A stretch of 64,000 nucleotides of DNA from Candidatus Latescibacterota bacterium (GCA_965208105.1 OZ242318.1:3744001-3808000); one strand, 5' to 3'; positions 31,115 to 40,707 are shown, counted from the first letter of the stretch. Notes: generated by a model from the sequence alone, not told the origin. Translations and numbers: made by a program.

Positions 31115-31765
31115 ATGCCACAGGACATAAGGATCTGCTTTGTCGGCGATTCCTTCGTCAACGGCACGGGAGACGAGACGGCTCTCGGGTGGGCGGGCCG
31201 CCTTTGCGCAATGGCCAATTCGGGCGATTCAATCGTCAACTGTTACAACCTTGGCATCCGGCGGGATACGAGCAAAGACATAATGCTGCGCTGGGAGCGG
31301 GAATGCGCCCGCCGACTGCCCGATTCCTGCGATGGCCGCATTGTCCTCTCATGCGGCGCCAACGACATGGCCATGGAGGACGGGAAACTTCGGGTCGAAC
31401 CCGCCGAATCCTGCGCCAACGTCAGATCGATTCTGCGCCGCTCAAGGAAATACACCGTGCTCATGGTGGGTCCGCCTCCTGTCCTCGATGGCGAACAGAA
31501 TGGAAGAATCGGGGATCTATCGCGTGCTTTTTCCCGCGAGACAGAAGCTCTCGGAGTCCCGTACATCGACCTCTTTTGCGCTCTTCGCGCGGACGAGGCC
31601 TATCGGCGGGAGGTGGCGAATAACGACGGCGCCCATCCCCGGAGTCAGGGATATTCCAGGATGGCAAATATCATAGCTTCGTCGCCGAGATGGTGGTTCC
31701 CTCGTACTAAAAGCGAGCCAGGGAAGAAGAGAATTTCGCCTACAGCGCCAGGAGAGGTCCAATGA
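31115..31765 (+). CDS. SGNH/GDSL hydrolase
   Basis: FVGDSF, NLGIRRDTS, GAND, DGAHP. Confidence 0.87.
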   Translation: MPQDIRICFVGDSFVNGTGDETALGWAGRLCAMANSGDSIVNCYNLGIRRDTSKDIMLRWERECARRLPDSCDGRIVLSCGANDMAMEDGKLRVEPAESCANVRSILRRSRKYTVLMVGPPPVLDGEQNGRIGDLSRAFSRETEALGVPYIDLFCALRADEAYRREVANNDGAHPRSQGYSRMANIIASSPRWWFPRTKSEPGKKRISPTAPGEVQ

Positions 31766-32502
31766 GCAAAAAAGAGTTTTGGGATATTGCCCACCGAGGA
31801 GGAGAGGCCTACGCACCCGAGAACACAATGGCCGCATTCAAGCTAACCATGGAATACGGCATTGGCTGGATCGAAACGGACGTGCGGCGGACCAGAGACA
31901 ATCAGCTTGTTCTACTGCACGACGAGCTGGTCGACCGCACTACCGATGGCAGCGGCTCGGTTCACGACTTCTCGCTGGTCGACCTCAGGAATCTCGACGC
32001 GGGTAGCTGGTTTGGCCCCGAGTTCTCGGGAGAGCGAATTCCGACTTTGGAGGAACTCTTTGAACTCTGTGGTGACCGGGTTAACTATCTTCTCGAAATC
32101 AAGGATTTCGGATTGATCGAGGAAAAGCTGGCGGAGAGCATTGAGGAAAGCGGCCTCCTCGACAACATCTTCGTCATCGGGAAGAATCCTGAGGCGCTTG
32201 AACTGGTCAAGGATATCTGCTCTGAAATCAGGGTGGGTTTCACCTGCCGCGAAGTTACATCCGAGGATATTGATCGCGCCTTGAGTATGGGAGCGCACCA
32301 TATCATCGTTCGCAACCAGAGACTAACCCCCGAGTTCACGAATTCCTGCAGAGAACGTGGACTGCAGGTACTCTCGACGACGGTTCGAACGGCAGAGGAG
32401 TTGGAGCGCGCTGTGCGCTGCAACGTCCTCGGTATTCCCTTGCCCGACCCTCGTCGACTTCATGATTATCTCAAGGACGGCTTCACCTCCCCCGACGATT
32501 GA
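31762..32502 (+). CDS. Glycerophosphodiester phosphodiesterase
   Basis: IAHRGG..APENTMAAF, ETDV, LHD, IPTLEE, LEIK. Confidence 0.9.
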   Translation: MSKKEFWDIAHRGGEAYAPENTMAAFKLTMEYGIGWIETDVRRTRDNQLVLLHDELVDRTTDGSGSVHDFSLVDLRNLDAGSWFGPEFSGERIPTLEELFELCGDRVNYLLEIKDFGLIEEKLAESIEESGLLDNIFVIGKNPEALELVKDICSEIRVGFTCREVTSEDIDRALSMGAHHIIVRNQRLTPEFTNSCRERGLQVLSTTVRTAEELERAVRCNVLGIPLPDPRRLHDYLKDGFTSPDD

Positions 32503-32511
32503 GGCCGATTA

Positions 32512-33414
32512 ATGTCACCTGGCACCCGCGGCCTTGTCGAAGTCCATCTCGCGACCCTCATGTATGGATTCGTCGGCCCGGTCGGGAAGGCGGTCGACCT
32601 CGACCCATACCAGATCGTATTCTGGAGGTCGATCCTGGCGGCGGTCATTCTGCTTGTCGTTGCCAGGCGTTTGGAGAGTCACTCTCCCATAAGGACCTGG
32701 GCCGATCTGGCTACCCTTACGGTGATCGCCGGACTTCTCGTGATGCAATGGGGGTTCTTCTTCAAGTCGATAAAGGTCTCGACGATCGCAATCGGCCTCC
32801 TGACGACCTATACCTATCCGGTATTCATGGTTTTTCTCGAGAGCTGGTTCTTCAAGCTCAGGCTCCGAGCTCTCGATTTCGCCAGCGCCGCCGCGGTCCT
32901 GGTGGGGATCTACTTTCTGGTCCCCGAGTTCGATTTGTCCGATGCGACCTTCCAGGGGGTAATCTACGGAGTAACAGGAGGGGCAATGATCCCATTGATT
33001 GTCCTGATTCGGAAGAAGCGAATCATCGGCAACTATAACAGCTGGGACCTCTCGGCATATGAGTCGGGTATCGCGGGGCTGATCCTCATTCCATTCATGT
33101 TTTACGATGCGCATCTCTTCCGTATGCCAGGTTCAGGGGATCTCCTGCTCCTGGTGGTGCTTGGAGTGGTTCTGACGGGGTGCGCGAGGACACTGTTTAT
33201 CGACAGTCATCGATACCTCTCCGCCAAGGTCGTTGGGGTAATCCGGGTGCTCGAGGTGGTCTATGGAGTGATCCTCGCACTGATTATCTTTGCTGCGGTA
33301 CCATCGAACGGGGAAATCATCGGAGGCCTGATCATAGTGTCCGCCGCATTGTTCGAGAGCATGAGATCCCGATGGTTCGAAATTGTGGACAGAAATGTCG
33401 GAGGGGAGAGGTGA
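32512..33414 (+). CDS. EamA/DMT family transporter
   Basis: About 10 hydrophobic helices in a duplicated EamA pattern. Confidence 0.82.
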   Translation: MSPGTRGLVEVHLATLMYGFVGPVGKAVDLDPYQIVFWRSILAAVILLVVARRLESHSPIRTWADLATLTVIAGLLVMQWGFFFKSIKVSTIAIGLLTTYTYPVFMVFLESWFFKLRLRALDFASAAAVLVGIYFLVPEFDLSDATFQGVIYGVTGGAMIPLIVLIRKKRIIGNYNSWDLSAYESGIAGLILIPFMFYDAHLFRMPGSGDLLLLVVLGVVLTGCARTLFIDSHRYLSAKVVGVIRVLEVVYGVILALIIFAAVPSNGEIIGGLIIVSAALFESMRSRWFEIVDRNVGGER

Positions 33415-33524
33415 AGGTCCTTTCTCATTGTCGGACTTTGCTGTCCCCGGGATGAAAACGAAACACAATTCGAAAACTTCGACTCGACATCGGTGTCTGC
33501 AATCTTCACACGGGAGAAGCAGTC

Positions 33525-33926
33525 ATGGAAATTAAATCCGCAATCCCCGTTTTACCGGTGACCAACATGGACGACGGCGCAAGGTTTTACAGGGACGTCC
33601 TGGGGTTCGCCATCGTCCACCAGGAAACCGGATATTGCGTCCTCGCTCGCGACCGGATCCAGGTCCATTTGTGGGGAGCTACGGACGAAAGTTGGCGCAC
33701 TCGTGAGGAGGGAGGGCCGATCGAGTCGGGCGCTGAATCTTTCCTGGCCGGAACCCACAGCTGCCGTATCGAGGTCGATGGTATCGATGACCTGCACCGG
33801 GAGCTGGAGCCGAAGGGGATCATGCATTCGAACGCTCCGCTCCAGACCAGACCCTGGGGTGCGCGGGAATTCGGCGTTCTCGACCTGTATGGAAATCTCA
33901 TCACCTTCTTTGAGTTTCAGGCTTGA
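33525..33926 (+). CDS. VOC/bleomycin-resistance family protein
   Basis: IPVLPV...FYRDVLGF, SGAESFLAGTHSCRIEV, PWGAREFGVLDLYGNLITF. Confidence 0.85.
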   Translation: MEIKSAIPVLPVTNMDDGARFYRDVLGFAIVHQETGYCVLARDRIQVHLWGATDESWRTREEGGPIESGAESFLAGTHSCRIEVDGIDDLHRELEPKGIMHSNAPLQTRPWGAREFGVLDLYGNLITFFEFQA

Positions 33927-33953
33927 GGAGCGAATCCAGGGACTCGAAGGATC

Positions 33954-34652
33954 ATGGAAGTTTCCGCCGTCTCTTTCGATGCTGACATGACATTGTGGGA
34001 CCTCGACAAGGTCATGCGCCATGCGCTTGAACACACCTTGACGGAACTGCGCCGGCGAGTTCCGACCCAACGCGCTCTGAGCCTTACAGTGGATGAGATG
34101 ATCGGGATTCGCAACCGGCTCGCCGAAGATCTGAAGGGCAAGGTCTGGGCCCTGGAGGAGATCAGGCGGCTTGCATTCGAGAGGACGCTCGAACTGATCG
34201 GATGTCCGGACCGCGGCCTGGCCGACCGTCTGATTCAGATTTATGAGAAGCATCGATTCGGGGATATCGAGCTCTATGATGACGTGGTGCCCGCTCTCGA
34301 CGTTCTGGCTCCTCATTTCAATCTCGGACTCGTGTCAAACGGCAACAGCTATCCTGAACGCTGTGGTCTGGGGGGACGCTTTGGTTTTGTAGTATTTGCC
34401 CAGGATGTGCGCATCGAGAAGCCCGATAGAAGGATCTTTCAGATCGCCGCGGAGAGGGCGCGCTGTCCGCTCGAGCAGATGGTGCACGTCGGGGATTCCC
34501 TCGAGGACGATGTGGCCGGCGCAGGCGAGGCCGGGGCCCAAACGGTCTGGCTCAATCGCCAAGGTCTGAAAAACGATACCGGGGTCAGGGCAGACTACGA
34601 AGTGACTTCGTTGACCGAGCTGCCCGCAATTTTTGGGATAGGTGGGAGCTGA
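33954..34652 (+). CDS. HAD-superfamily hydrolase
   Basis: FDADMTL, SNG, EKPD, HVGDSLEDDV. Confidence 0.88.
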   Translation: MEVSAVSFDADMTLWDLDKVMRHALEHTLTELRRRVPTQRALSLTVDEMIGIRNRLAEDLKGKVWALEEIRRLAFERTLELIGCPDRGLADRLIQIYEKHRFGDIELYDDVVPALDVLAPHFNLGLVSNGNSYPERCGLGGRFGFVVFAQDVRIEKPDRRIFQIAAERARCPLEQMVHVGDSLEDDVAGAGEAGAQTVWLNRQGLKNDTGVRADYEVTSLTELPAIFGIGGS

Positions 34653-34849
34653 AGGTATTTGGCCATCGAAGTCATGCGGCATTCTCGGGCAGGTCGGGGC
34701 CTGAAGTTTTCGGGCGAAAGGGACCGGGAAAATGGATGAGAAGGCGCGGGAAAACGATCCATGTCCCCCGTTGACAGTTGGAGGATGGAGGCATACTTTC
34801 GCGCCGTACAACCCGGCGATTTCTCCAGCCCTGCTAGGGAGCCAATACC

Positions 34850-35467
34850 ATGAGCAATGATATCGAGGACCTCATCGATGCAAGCAGGAAGGGCGATCTG
34901 GAAAAGGTCCGTCTGATTATCGAAAGCGGAGTCGATGTCAATGCACAAGGGGCTCACGGCAACACCGCGCTGGTCAGCTCCTTCGCTTTCGGCGACCACC
35001 TGGATCTCGTTCGGCACCTCATTTCTCTCGGCGCCGACGTGGACTATACCGGAATGGAGGAGGGCAGCCCCCTCATGCTGGCAGCTTTCGCCGGCAAGAC
35101 CGAGCATATGAAGCTGTTCATCGCGGCAGGAGCCGACGTCAATCTATCCATGCCGGTGGGAGGGGAGACGGCCCTGCACGACGCTGCCGTCCAGGGACAC
35201 ACCGACGCGGTGGAGCTGCTGATCGCGGCAGGCGCCGACGTGAACAGGACCACCAACAGCAACGCCGCCACCTCCATGTTCACCGACAGGAAGCTCATGG
35301 GCGAAACTCCCTTGCATTTTGCGGCCGCCTTCGGTGACGCAGCGATGATCACGGCGCTGCTGGAAGCGGGAGCAGAGAAATCGATGGCGAATTCGCAAGG
35401 TGAACTTGCCCTCGATTACGCGACCCGCAAGGGGAGGCCCGAGGAGATCCTCGAGCTGCTCAGGTAG
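34850..35467 (+). CDS. Ankyrin-repeat protein
   Basis: GNTAL, GSPLMLAA, GETALHDAA, GETPLHFAA. Confidence 0.9.
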   Translation: MSNDIEDLIDASRKGDLEKVRLIIESGVDVNAQGAHGNTALVSSFAFGDHLDLVRHLISLGADVDYTGMEEGSPLMLAAFAGKTEHMKLFIAAGADVNLSMPVGGETALHDAAVQGHTDAVELLIAAGADVNRTTNSNAATSMFTDRKLMGETPLHFAAAFGDAAMITALLEAGAEKSMANSQGELALDYATRKGRPEEILELLR

Positions 35468-35604
35468 GGCTGCGAAGGCCGAGTCCCTGATCGCAGTGCA
35501 GGCCCGGTCCAGGGTGCGATCGTCCTGTCCTTTCTCCCCGAGTTAAAGTGTATTGATAGATCCCATTTACCGGTTCCCCATTCGTTCATTGGAGTGAAAA
35601 GAAC

Positions 35605-36642
35605 GTGCGCCTGTGCGCGGACGCGCTTCCCGACAGAATCGAGAACGTGGAAGAATTGGAGGAGCTGTTATCTCGTCCGAGCGATGACGTCGTCGAAGAT
35701 ATGGCGCGGGTCGAAGGCGGCGTCCTCATTCTGGGTGGAAGCGGAAAGGTGGGACCCACCCTTGCCCGCATGGCACGGCGCGCGGCGCCGCGCAAGCAGG
35801 TGGTCGCCGTGGCGCGCTTCAGCGATTCCGGGGTGCGCGAACGCCTGAGTTCGTGGGACATCGAAACGATCTGCTGCGACCTGTTCGATCCCGCCGCGGT
35901 GAGCCTGCTGCCGCGTTTGCCCAACGTCATCTTCATGGCCGGCCGCAAATTCGGCACCACCGGCCAGGAAGAGCTGACCTGGGCAACCAACGTCCACCTG
36001 CCCGGCATTGTAGCCCGGACCTTCGCCGGCTCGAAAATCATCGCCTTCTCCACTCTGTGTGTCTATCCCTTCGCCGACGCCGGCGGCCCCGGATGGGACG
36101 AGAGCGCGGAGGTCGGGCCGGTAGGCGAATACGCCAACTCCTGCGTCGGCCGCGAACGCATCTTCCAGCATTTCTCCGAACAACAGGACACGCCTGGCCG
36201 GCTGATTCGGCTGAACTACGCCATCGATCTGCGCTACGGAGTGTTGCACGACGTGGCCTCGCAAGTTTGGCGGAAGCAGCCCGTCGACGTGACCATGCCC
36301 GAGGTCAACGTGATCTGGCAGGGAGACGCCACGTCCCAGATCCTGCGCGCCCTGCGCCACTGCACCGTTCCCACCAGCCCCTTGAACGTGGGCGGTCCGA
36401 GCCAAACCTCGATAGAAGCGCTTGCCCAGGCCTTCGCAGCGCGTTTCGGCACCGAGCCCATATTCACCGGCCGTCCGTCTTCCACCGCGTGGATCAACGA
36501 TACCTCCCAGGCCACCGGTCTCTTCGGACCGCCGCTCGTTCCCCTCGAGCGCATGATCGACTGGACCGCGGACTGGGTCTCGCGGGAAATGCCGGGTTAT
36601 GCCAAGCCCACCCGCTACGAGGTCCGCGATGGGCGCTTCTGA
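35605..36642 (+). CDS. NAD-dependent epimerase/dehydratase
   Basis: LGGSGKVG, MAGRKFG, GEYANSC, RLNYA. Confidence 0.85.
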   Translation: MRLCADALPDRIENVEELEELLSRPSDDVVEDMARVEGGVLILGGSGKVGPTLARMARRAAPRKQVVAVARFSDSGVRERLSSWDIETICCDLFDPAAVSLLPRLPNVIFMAGRKFGTTGQEELTWATNVHLPGIVARTFAGSKIIAFSTLCVYPFADAGGPGWDESAEVGPVGEYANSCVGRERIFQHFSEQQDTPGRLIRLNYAIDLRYGVLHDVASQVWRKQPVDVTMPEVNVIWQGDATSQILRALRHCTVPTSPLNVGGPSQTSIEALAQAFAARFGTEPIFTGRPSSTAWINDTSQATGLFGPPLVPLERMIDWTADWVSREMPGYAKPTRYEVRDGRF

Positions 36643-36685
36643 AGGTCGCGGAGGGGGCGCTGATGATCGGGCTCCAGCAAATCCG

Positions 36686-37435
36686 ATGATTTCCGGGCAG
36701 TTCATCGCCCAGCTCGGCCTCGACCGGGACAAGGTCCCATCCTGGAAGGATTTCCCCTTTTGCCTGAGCGCCGTCCGCCACCTCGACAATATCGATCTGC
36801 ACCCCTCCGTCACTTTCTTCGTCGGCGAAAACGGTTCGGGCAAGTCCACCCTTCTCGAAGCGATAGCCGTGGCCTGGGGCTTCAATCCCGAGGGCGGCTC
36901 CAGGCACTTCCAGTTCGGGTCGCGGCCTTCCCACTCCGTCCTGCAGCGGTATATCCGCTTTTCCCGGGGGGTCAAAAGGGCGCGGGACGGCTACTTCCTG
37001 CGCGCTGAAAGCTTCTTCAACGTGGCGACGCAAATCGAGGAACTGGACGAGGAATTCGACAACATTCCCCGCATCGTCGACGCCTACGGCAGTCGTCCCC
37101 TGCACGAGCAGTCCCACGGCGAGTCTTTCCTTTCCCTCATGCTGAACCGGTTTGGCGGCAGGGGGTTGTATGTGCTGGACGAGCCCGAAGCCGCCCTGTC
37201 TCCCGGCCGGCAGATGGCGGTGCTGTCGCGGATGCACGACCTCGTGCGGCAGGATTCACAGTTCATCGTGGCGACCCACTCGCCCATAATTATGGCCTAT
37301 CCCCACTCCATCATCTACCAACTGTCGGACCAGGGGATGGAGGAGGTCGAGTACACCGAAACGGAGCATTTCTCGGTGGCCAAAGGCTTTCTCGAAAATC
37401 ACCGCAGAATGCTGGACCTGATTCTGGCGAGGTAG
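36686..37435 (+). CDS. AAA/ABC-type predicted ATPase (COG3910-like)
   Basis: GENGSGKST, FLRAESFF, SHGESF, LDEPEAALSP, ATHSP. Confidence 0.88.
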   Translation: MISGQFIAQLGLDRDKVPSWKDFPFCLSAVRHLDNIDLHPSVTFFVGENGSGKSTLLEAIAVAWGFNPEGGSRHFQFGSRPSHSVLQRYIRFSRGVKRARDGYFLRAESFFNVATQIEELDEEFDNIPRIVDAYGSRPLHEQSHGESFLSLMLNRFGGRGLYVLDEPEAALSPGRQMAVLSRMHDLVRQDSQFIVATHSPIIMAYPHSIIYQLSDQGMEEVEYTETEHFSVAKGFLENHRRMLDLILAR

Positions 37436-37664
37436 GCGATTAGGAGAAAAGGCGAGAAGATGAGCGATCTTCCGGGGTCGGCGGCCGAGGTCAGGACTTT
37501 CCCCCGTTGGTCACAAAATCATACAAGTCAAGCGAGGACCCGCTCCTGATTGGTAGCTGACAAAATTTGGTCCAAACTGGCCAACTACCAGGCGCGTCGA
37601 GCGAGCTTTGGCAGAATCCGGATCTGTTCAAGGGGGGGTACACCGCGTCCCGGCCGGGGATGGC

Positions 37665-37861
37665 GAACGGAAGAGACGCGAAGCCCTGTTGCTGATTCGC
37701 TGAGGGGCTCCCGGTGCTGAGTGGTTAGCGGCTAGGTCGTTGAGCGGCTTTGCCGGATAGTAGGTTATCAACCCCCGAGATCGCGCGTTGCAGTGCGCGT
37801 CGCTTCTGGGCTATGCGCCGTCACCGGCGCAGTCGCACTTGCTTCCCTGTCTCTTCCGTTC
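37665..37861 (-). ncRNA. Candidate structured RNA in the 3' region of the DIP1984-like gene
   Basis: Perfect 13-bp closing inverted repeat (37665-37677 / 37849-37861), GTGA-tetraloop hairpin (37814-37831), second hairpin (37782-37799), periodic A(G/A/T)C tract (37688-37766). Confidence 0.6.
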
Positions 37862-37870
37862 TACTCGTTC

Positions 37871-38407
37871 TTATTGTTCGTCAGCGTACTCCACCTCTAC
37901 CTCGAACGACGCGGCGCGGATCTGCCGATTGAGCTGGCGGAACTCGACGCGGACCTCGTTGAGACGGGTGCGGCAATCGTCGTAGGGCAACTCGTTGTCC
38001 TCGACGATGTCCCGCTCCTCCTTGTGGAGGACCCGCTCGTAGGCGGAGTCGACGACCTGGGTGTGCAGCTCTCCGAGGCGGTCGTTGAGCGCTTTGCGGG
38101 TCTCGAGGGCCTCGGTGAGGCTCATGTCGTCGCCCTCGTGCTCAACGCGGTGCTCGAAGTTGGCTCGCTGGATCGCGGCGTTCAGTTTGCGGCGTTTGAA
38201 CTCGAGGGTGCGCAACTGGTCGCGTGCCTCGGAGACGCTGAATCCTGGTGCCGGTCGGCGCGAGAAGTCGTTGTCACGACGGGAGAACAGGTCTCGATTC
38301 TGACGCGCCTCGGGCAGGCAGTCGCGCAGCGTCTTGATGCGGGCGTCGTACTCGCCCCGCAGCTCGAGGGCTTCGTAGAGTTTGACGGTCTTTCTGGCTT
38401 CGGTCAT
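37871..38407 (-). CDS. DIP1984-like coiled-coil protein
   Basis: Two internal repeats, KLYEALELR...IQRANF and SLTEALETR...IRAASF; strong RBS AAGGAGGTGA. Confidence 0.7.
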   Translation of the reverse strand: MTEARKTVKLYEALELRGEYDARIKTLRDCLPEARQNRDLFSRRDNDFSRRPAPGFSVSEARDQLRTLEFKRRKLNAAIQRANFEHRVEHEGDDMSLTEALETRKALNDRLGELHTQVVDSAYERVLHKEERDIVEDNELPYDDCRTRLNEVRVEFRQLNRQIRAASFEVEVEYADEQ

Positions 38408-38453
38408 ATCTCACCTCCTTCTATTTTACCGGGAGATGAATGAAATTCGAGGG

Positions 38454-38478
38454 GACGTAGAACAGTCGCAAGGGTTCC
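38454..38478 (-). promoter_or_regulatory. Putative ECF-sigma promoter
   Basis: GGAAC-16 nt-CGTC on the minus strand, 46 nt upstream of the DIP1984-like start codon. Confidence 0.45.
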
Positions 38479-38668
38479 AGCGACTTTTTGCGGGGGATGG
38501 AGAAGTGTAGTTTATCCAGGCCATCGGCGGCCAGGGCAGTGGGCTGAGTACCAAGCATCTGAGCGGCCTGCCCGGTTTCGTCGTCGACGCCAGCACAGGC
38601 AGCAAACCCGGAGACGCCACCCGCCCCGCGCGCGGAGGGTCCATCTCGACCAATGGTCCGGACCTGGC

Positions 38669-40678
38669 TCAGCTAGCGATGATCCGCCGACGACCACCTT
38701 CCAAACGGTCCAGCTCCTCCAGGCATCGAGGCCTGCGGCTGTTTTGCAGTCTCAAGGCGGCCAGGTACTCCTGCCATACGTCCTTGCGGCGGGTGCGATT
38801 GAGTACATTTCTAACCTTGCGCAGATAGGGAACCGCCGCCTGGTACCCACTGGCCTGAACCCGGGCGATATTATTTTTCGCGATCTCTTTCCAAATTGCC
38901 ACGGCCCGGTCCGGATGGGTCGATTTGACGGCTTCGGCCACCTCCTCGTCGAGGGAGAAGCCAAACATCCCGGACGGACCTTTTTTGCGGCCGCCGTGGT
39001 CGTACCACTTCAGAACTTCTTTCGGCTTTTTCTCGGCAATGGCCAACTGGGTCAGCACCTCGGTCATAGGCGCCTCAGATATCCAGGATGCTGCAGGCAC
39101 CGCGACCTCGGAAGCCGGCAGGGGCCAGGCTATCATCGGGTCGCTTTTGCGCTTCCTGCCGGCGCGGGGTCGCCGGCCGGTTTGCAGGTAGTGCCGCCCC
39201 CAGGCCTCGACTCCCTTGCCAGCGCGCGCGCTGCGGGCGGCTTTGCACAAATCCAGGAAATCGCCCGAACTGGGCCTGGCAAAAAATTCCTCCGCCTGTA
39301 AGGCCGGCCCGGCGAGCGGATTGCCGCTGCGCTGGTTTATGGTCTGCAGTTGTGGCCGCAGTCTCGCATTGAGGCCGCCAAACTCGGAGGACGCGGCCTC
39401 AATCCCCTGCCGGCACCAGCGCCGGGCCTCTTCCCAGCGCCGCCCGGCTATCAGGCGATTCACCAGGCGCCCGTAACTGAAGGTGATGGGGGCTTCGCGC
39501 TCGCACAGAGGAATGATATCCTTCCGACGGCCGGCCTTTTCCAGGGCTTTAATGAGCCAGTTGGAGATTCGGTCCCGTACGAAGTGATACGAAAGATCAT
39601 CATCTCCGGCAGGGGGGGACTCACAGGCCTCCAGGCGCTGTGTCAAGCGGTCGCAAACCGCGGACCAATCGCTTTTGGCGTAGTCTTTCTTCCAGAAGTT
39701 TTCCAGTCCGTCGGCGCACAGCTCGTAGTCGTCGGCCAGGGCCATGTCCAGGGCCCATTCTATCCGGTCTGCCGCCGCCAGGGAAGACCCATCCAGGGCG
39801 CGGAAAAGGACATTGAGGCAGTCGCTGATCGCATCGCCGGATTCTCCCTCATGCTCGTACTCCAGCACCCGGCTGCCCGCAGCCAGTAGTTCCGGCCCCA
39901 GTCGCACCGCCGCGTCGGCCTGTCCGGCTTCGACCAGTGTTTTGAGCGCCGCTTCGAGACGCTCCGTACTGGCAGCAGGGACCCCGTAGCCATAACCTTC
40001 CCATGCTGGTTCTTCCAGGGCTGCGATCTCGCCGCGGATCGTCTGCAGAACTTTGTGCGCCTTCCCCGAGGTCAGGGTGCGGCGGTCCTCAAGCGACCGG
40101 CGCACCCCCTCGTGCGCTTCGGCGAGTTGGACCAGCAGCGTTACCAGTTCGGCCTTGGTCTGCTTTTGCAGGTGCGCGCGCAGGGAAGAGAACATGGTTT
40201 GCCTGGAGCTTGCGGAACGCGCCTTGACGTTCTCCTCTTCCAGGTCTTCGCGGTACTCCTCCATATCGAACTCCTCCAGCTCCTCGAACTCTTCCTCGAT
40301 CGCGTCCAATTCCAGCAGGCGCGGATCGTCTTCCTCAACCCGGCCGATGGCGGTCTTGGCTTTTATCATTTCCAGGTATTTCAGCACCACGGCCACCGCG
40401 TGTTTGCAGGTCGCCCAGTATGGACAGGTACACTCTGATTCAAGATTCTTCCTTCCCTCGATGCGCACCCGGGTGGCATAGGGACGACTGCCCAGCACCC
40501 AGGCGACCAGCGTCCCGTCTTCGGCGCGCCCCAGGTCCCGAACAGCCCCCTGTCTCAGATAGGTCTGCCCCCGGGAGACGATGCGATCGCCGGCCCATTC
40601 CTCCAGGTCTTCCCAGGTGAGTTTCGAGAAGGGATCAACGGGCTTTTTCGGTTTGGTCTTTTTCTTTCGAGGAGCCAT
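38669..40678 (-). CDS. SWIM zinc-finger family protein
   Basis: RGQTY...V.GSRPY...CTCPYWATCKHAVAV, followed by a long helical region. Confidence 0.85.
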   Translation of the reverse strand: MAPRKKKTKPKKPVDPFSKLTWEDLEEWAGDRIVSRGQTYLRQGAVRDLGRAEDGTLVAWVLGSRPYATRVRIEGRKNLESECTCPYWATCKHAVAVVLKYLEMIKAKTAIGRVEEDDPRLLELDAIEEEFEELEEFDMEEYREDLEEENVKARSASSRQTMFSSLRAHLQKQTKAELVTLLVQLAEAHEGVRRSLEDRRTLTSGKAHKVLQTIRGEIAALEEPAWEGYGYGVPAASTERLEAALKTLVEAGQADAAVRLGPELLAAGSRVLEYEHEGESGDAISDCLNVLFRALDGSSLAAADRIEWALDMALADDYELCADGLENFWKKDYAKSDWSAVCDRLTQRLEACESPPAGDDDLSYHFVRDRISNWLIKALEKAGRRKDIIPLCEREAPITFSYGRLVNRLIAGRRWEEARRWCRQGIEAASSEFGGLNARLRPQLQTINQRSGNPLAGPALQAEEFFARPSSGDFLDLCKAARSARAGKGVEAWGRHYLQTGRRPRAGRKRKSDPMIAWPLPASEVAVPAASWISEAPMTEVLTQLAIAEKKPKEVLKWYDHGGRKKGPSGMFGFSLDEEVAEAVKSTHPDRAVAIWKEIAKNNIARVQASGYQAAVPYLRKVRNVLNRTRRKDVWQEYLAALRLQNSRRPRCLEELDRLEGGRRRIIAS

Positions 40679-40707
40679 TTGGTTCAGTTATCCGGTTAAA
40701 AAAAACC

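Noticed and set aside
33525-33926. Bona fide bleomycin-resistance determinant
   Set aside because: Family resemblance only; the function cannot be assigned from sequence.
37665-37861. Retron msr-msd interpretation of the long inverted repeat
   Set aside because: No reverse transcriptase gene in the window.
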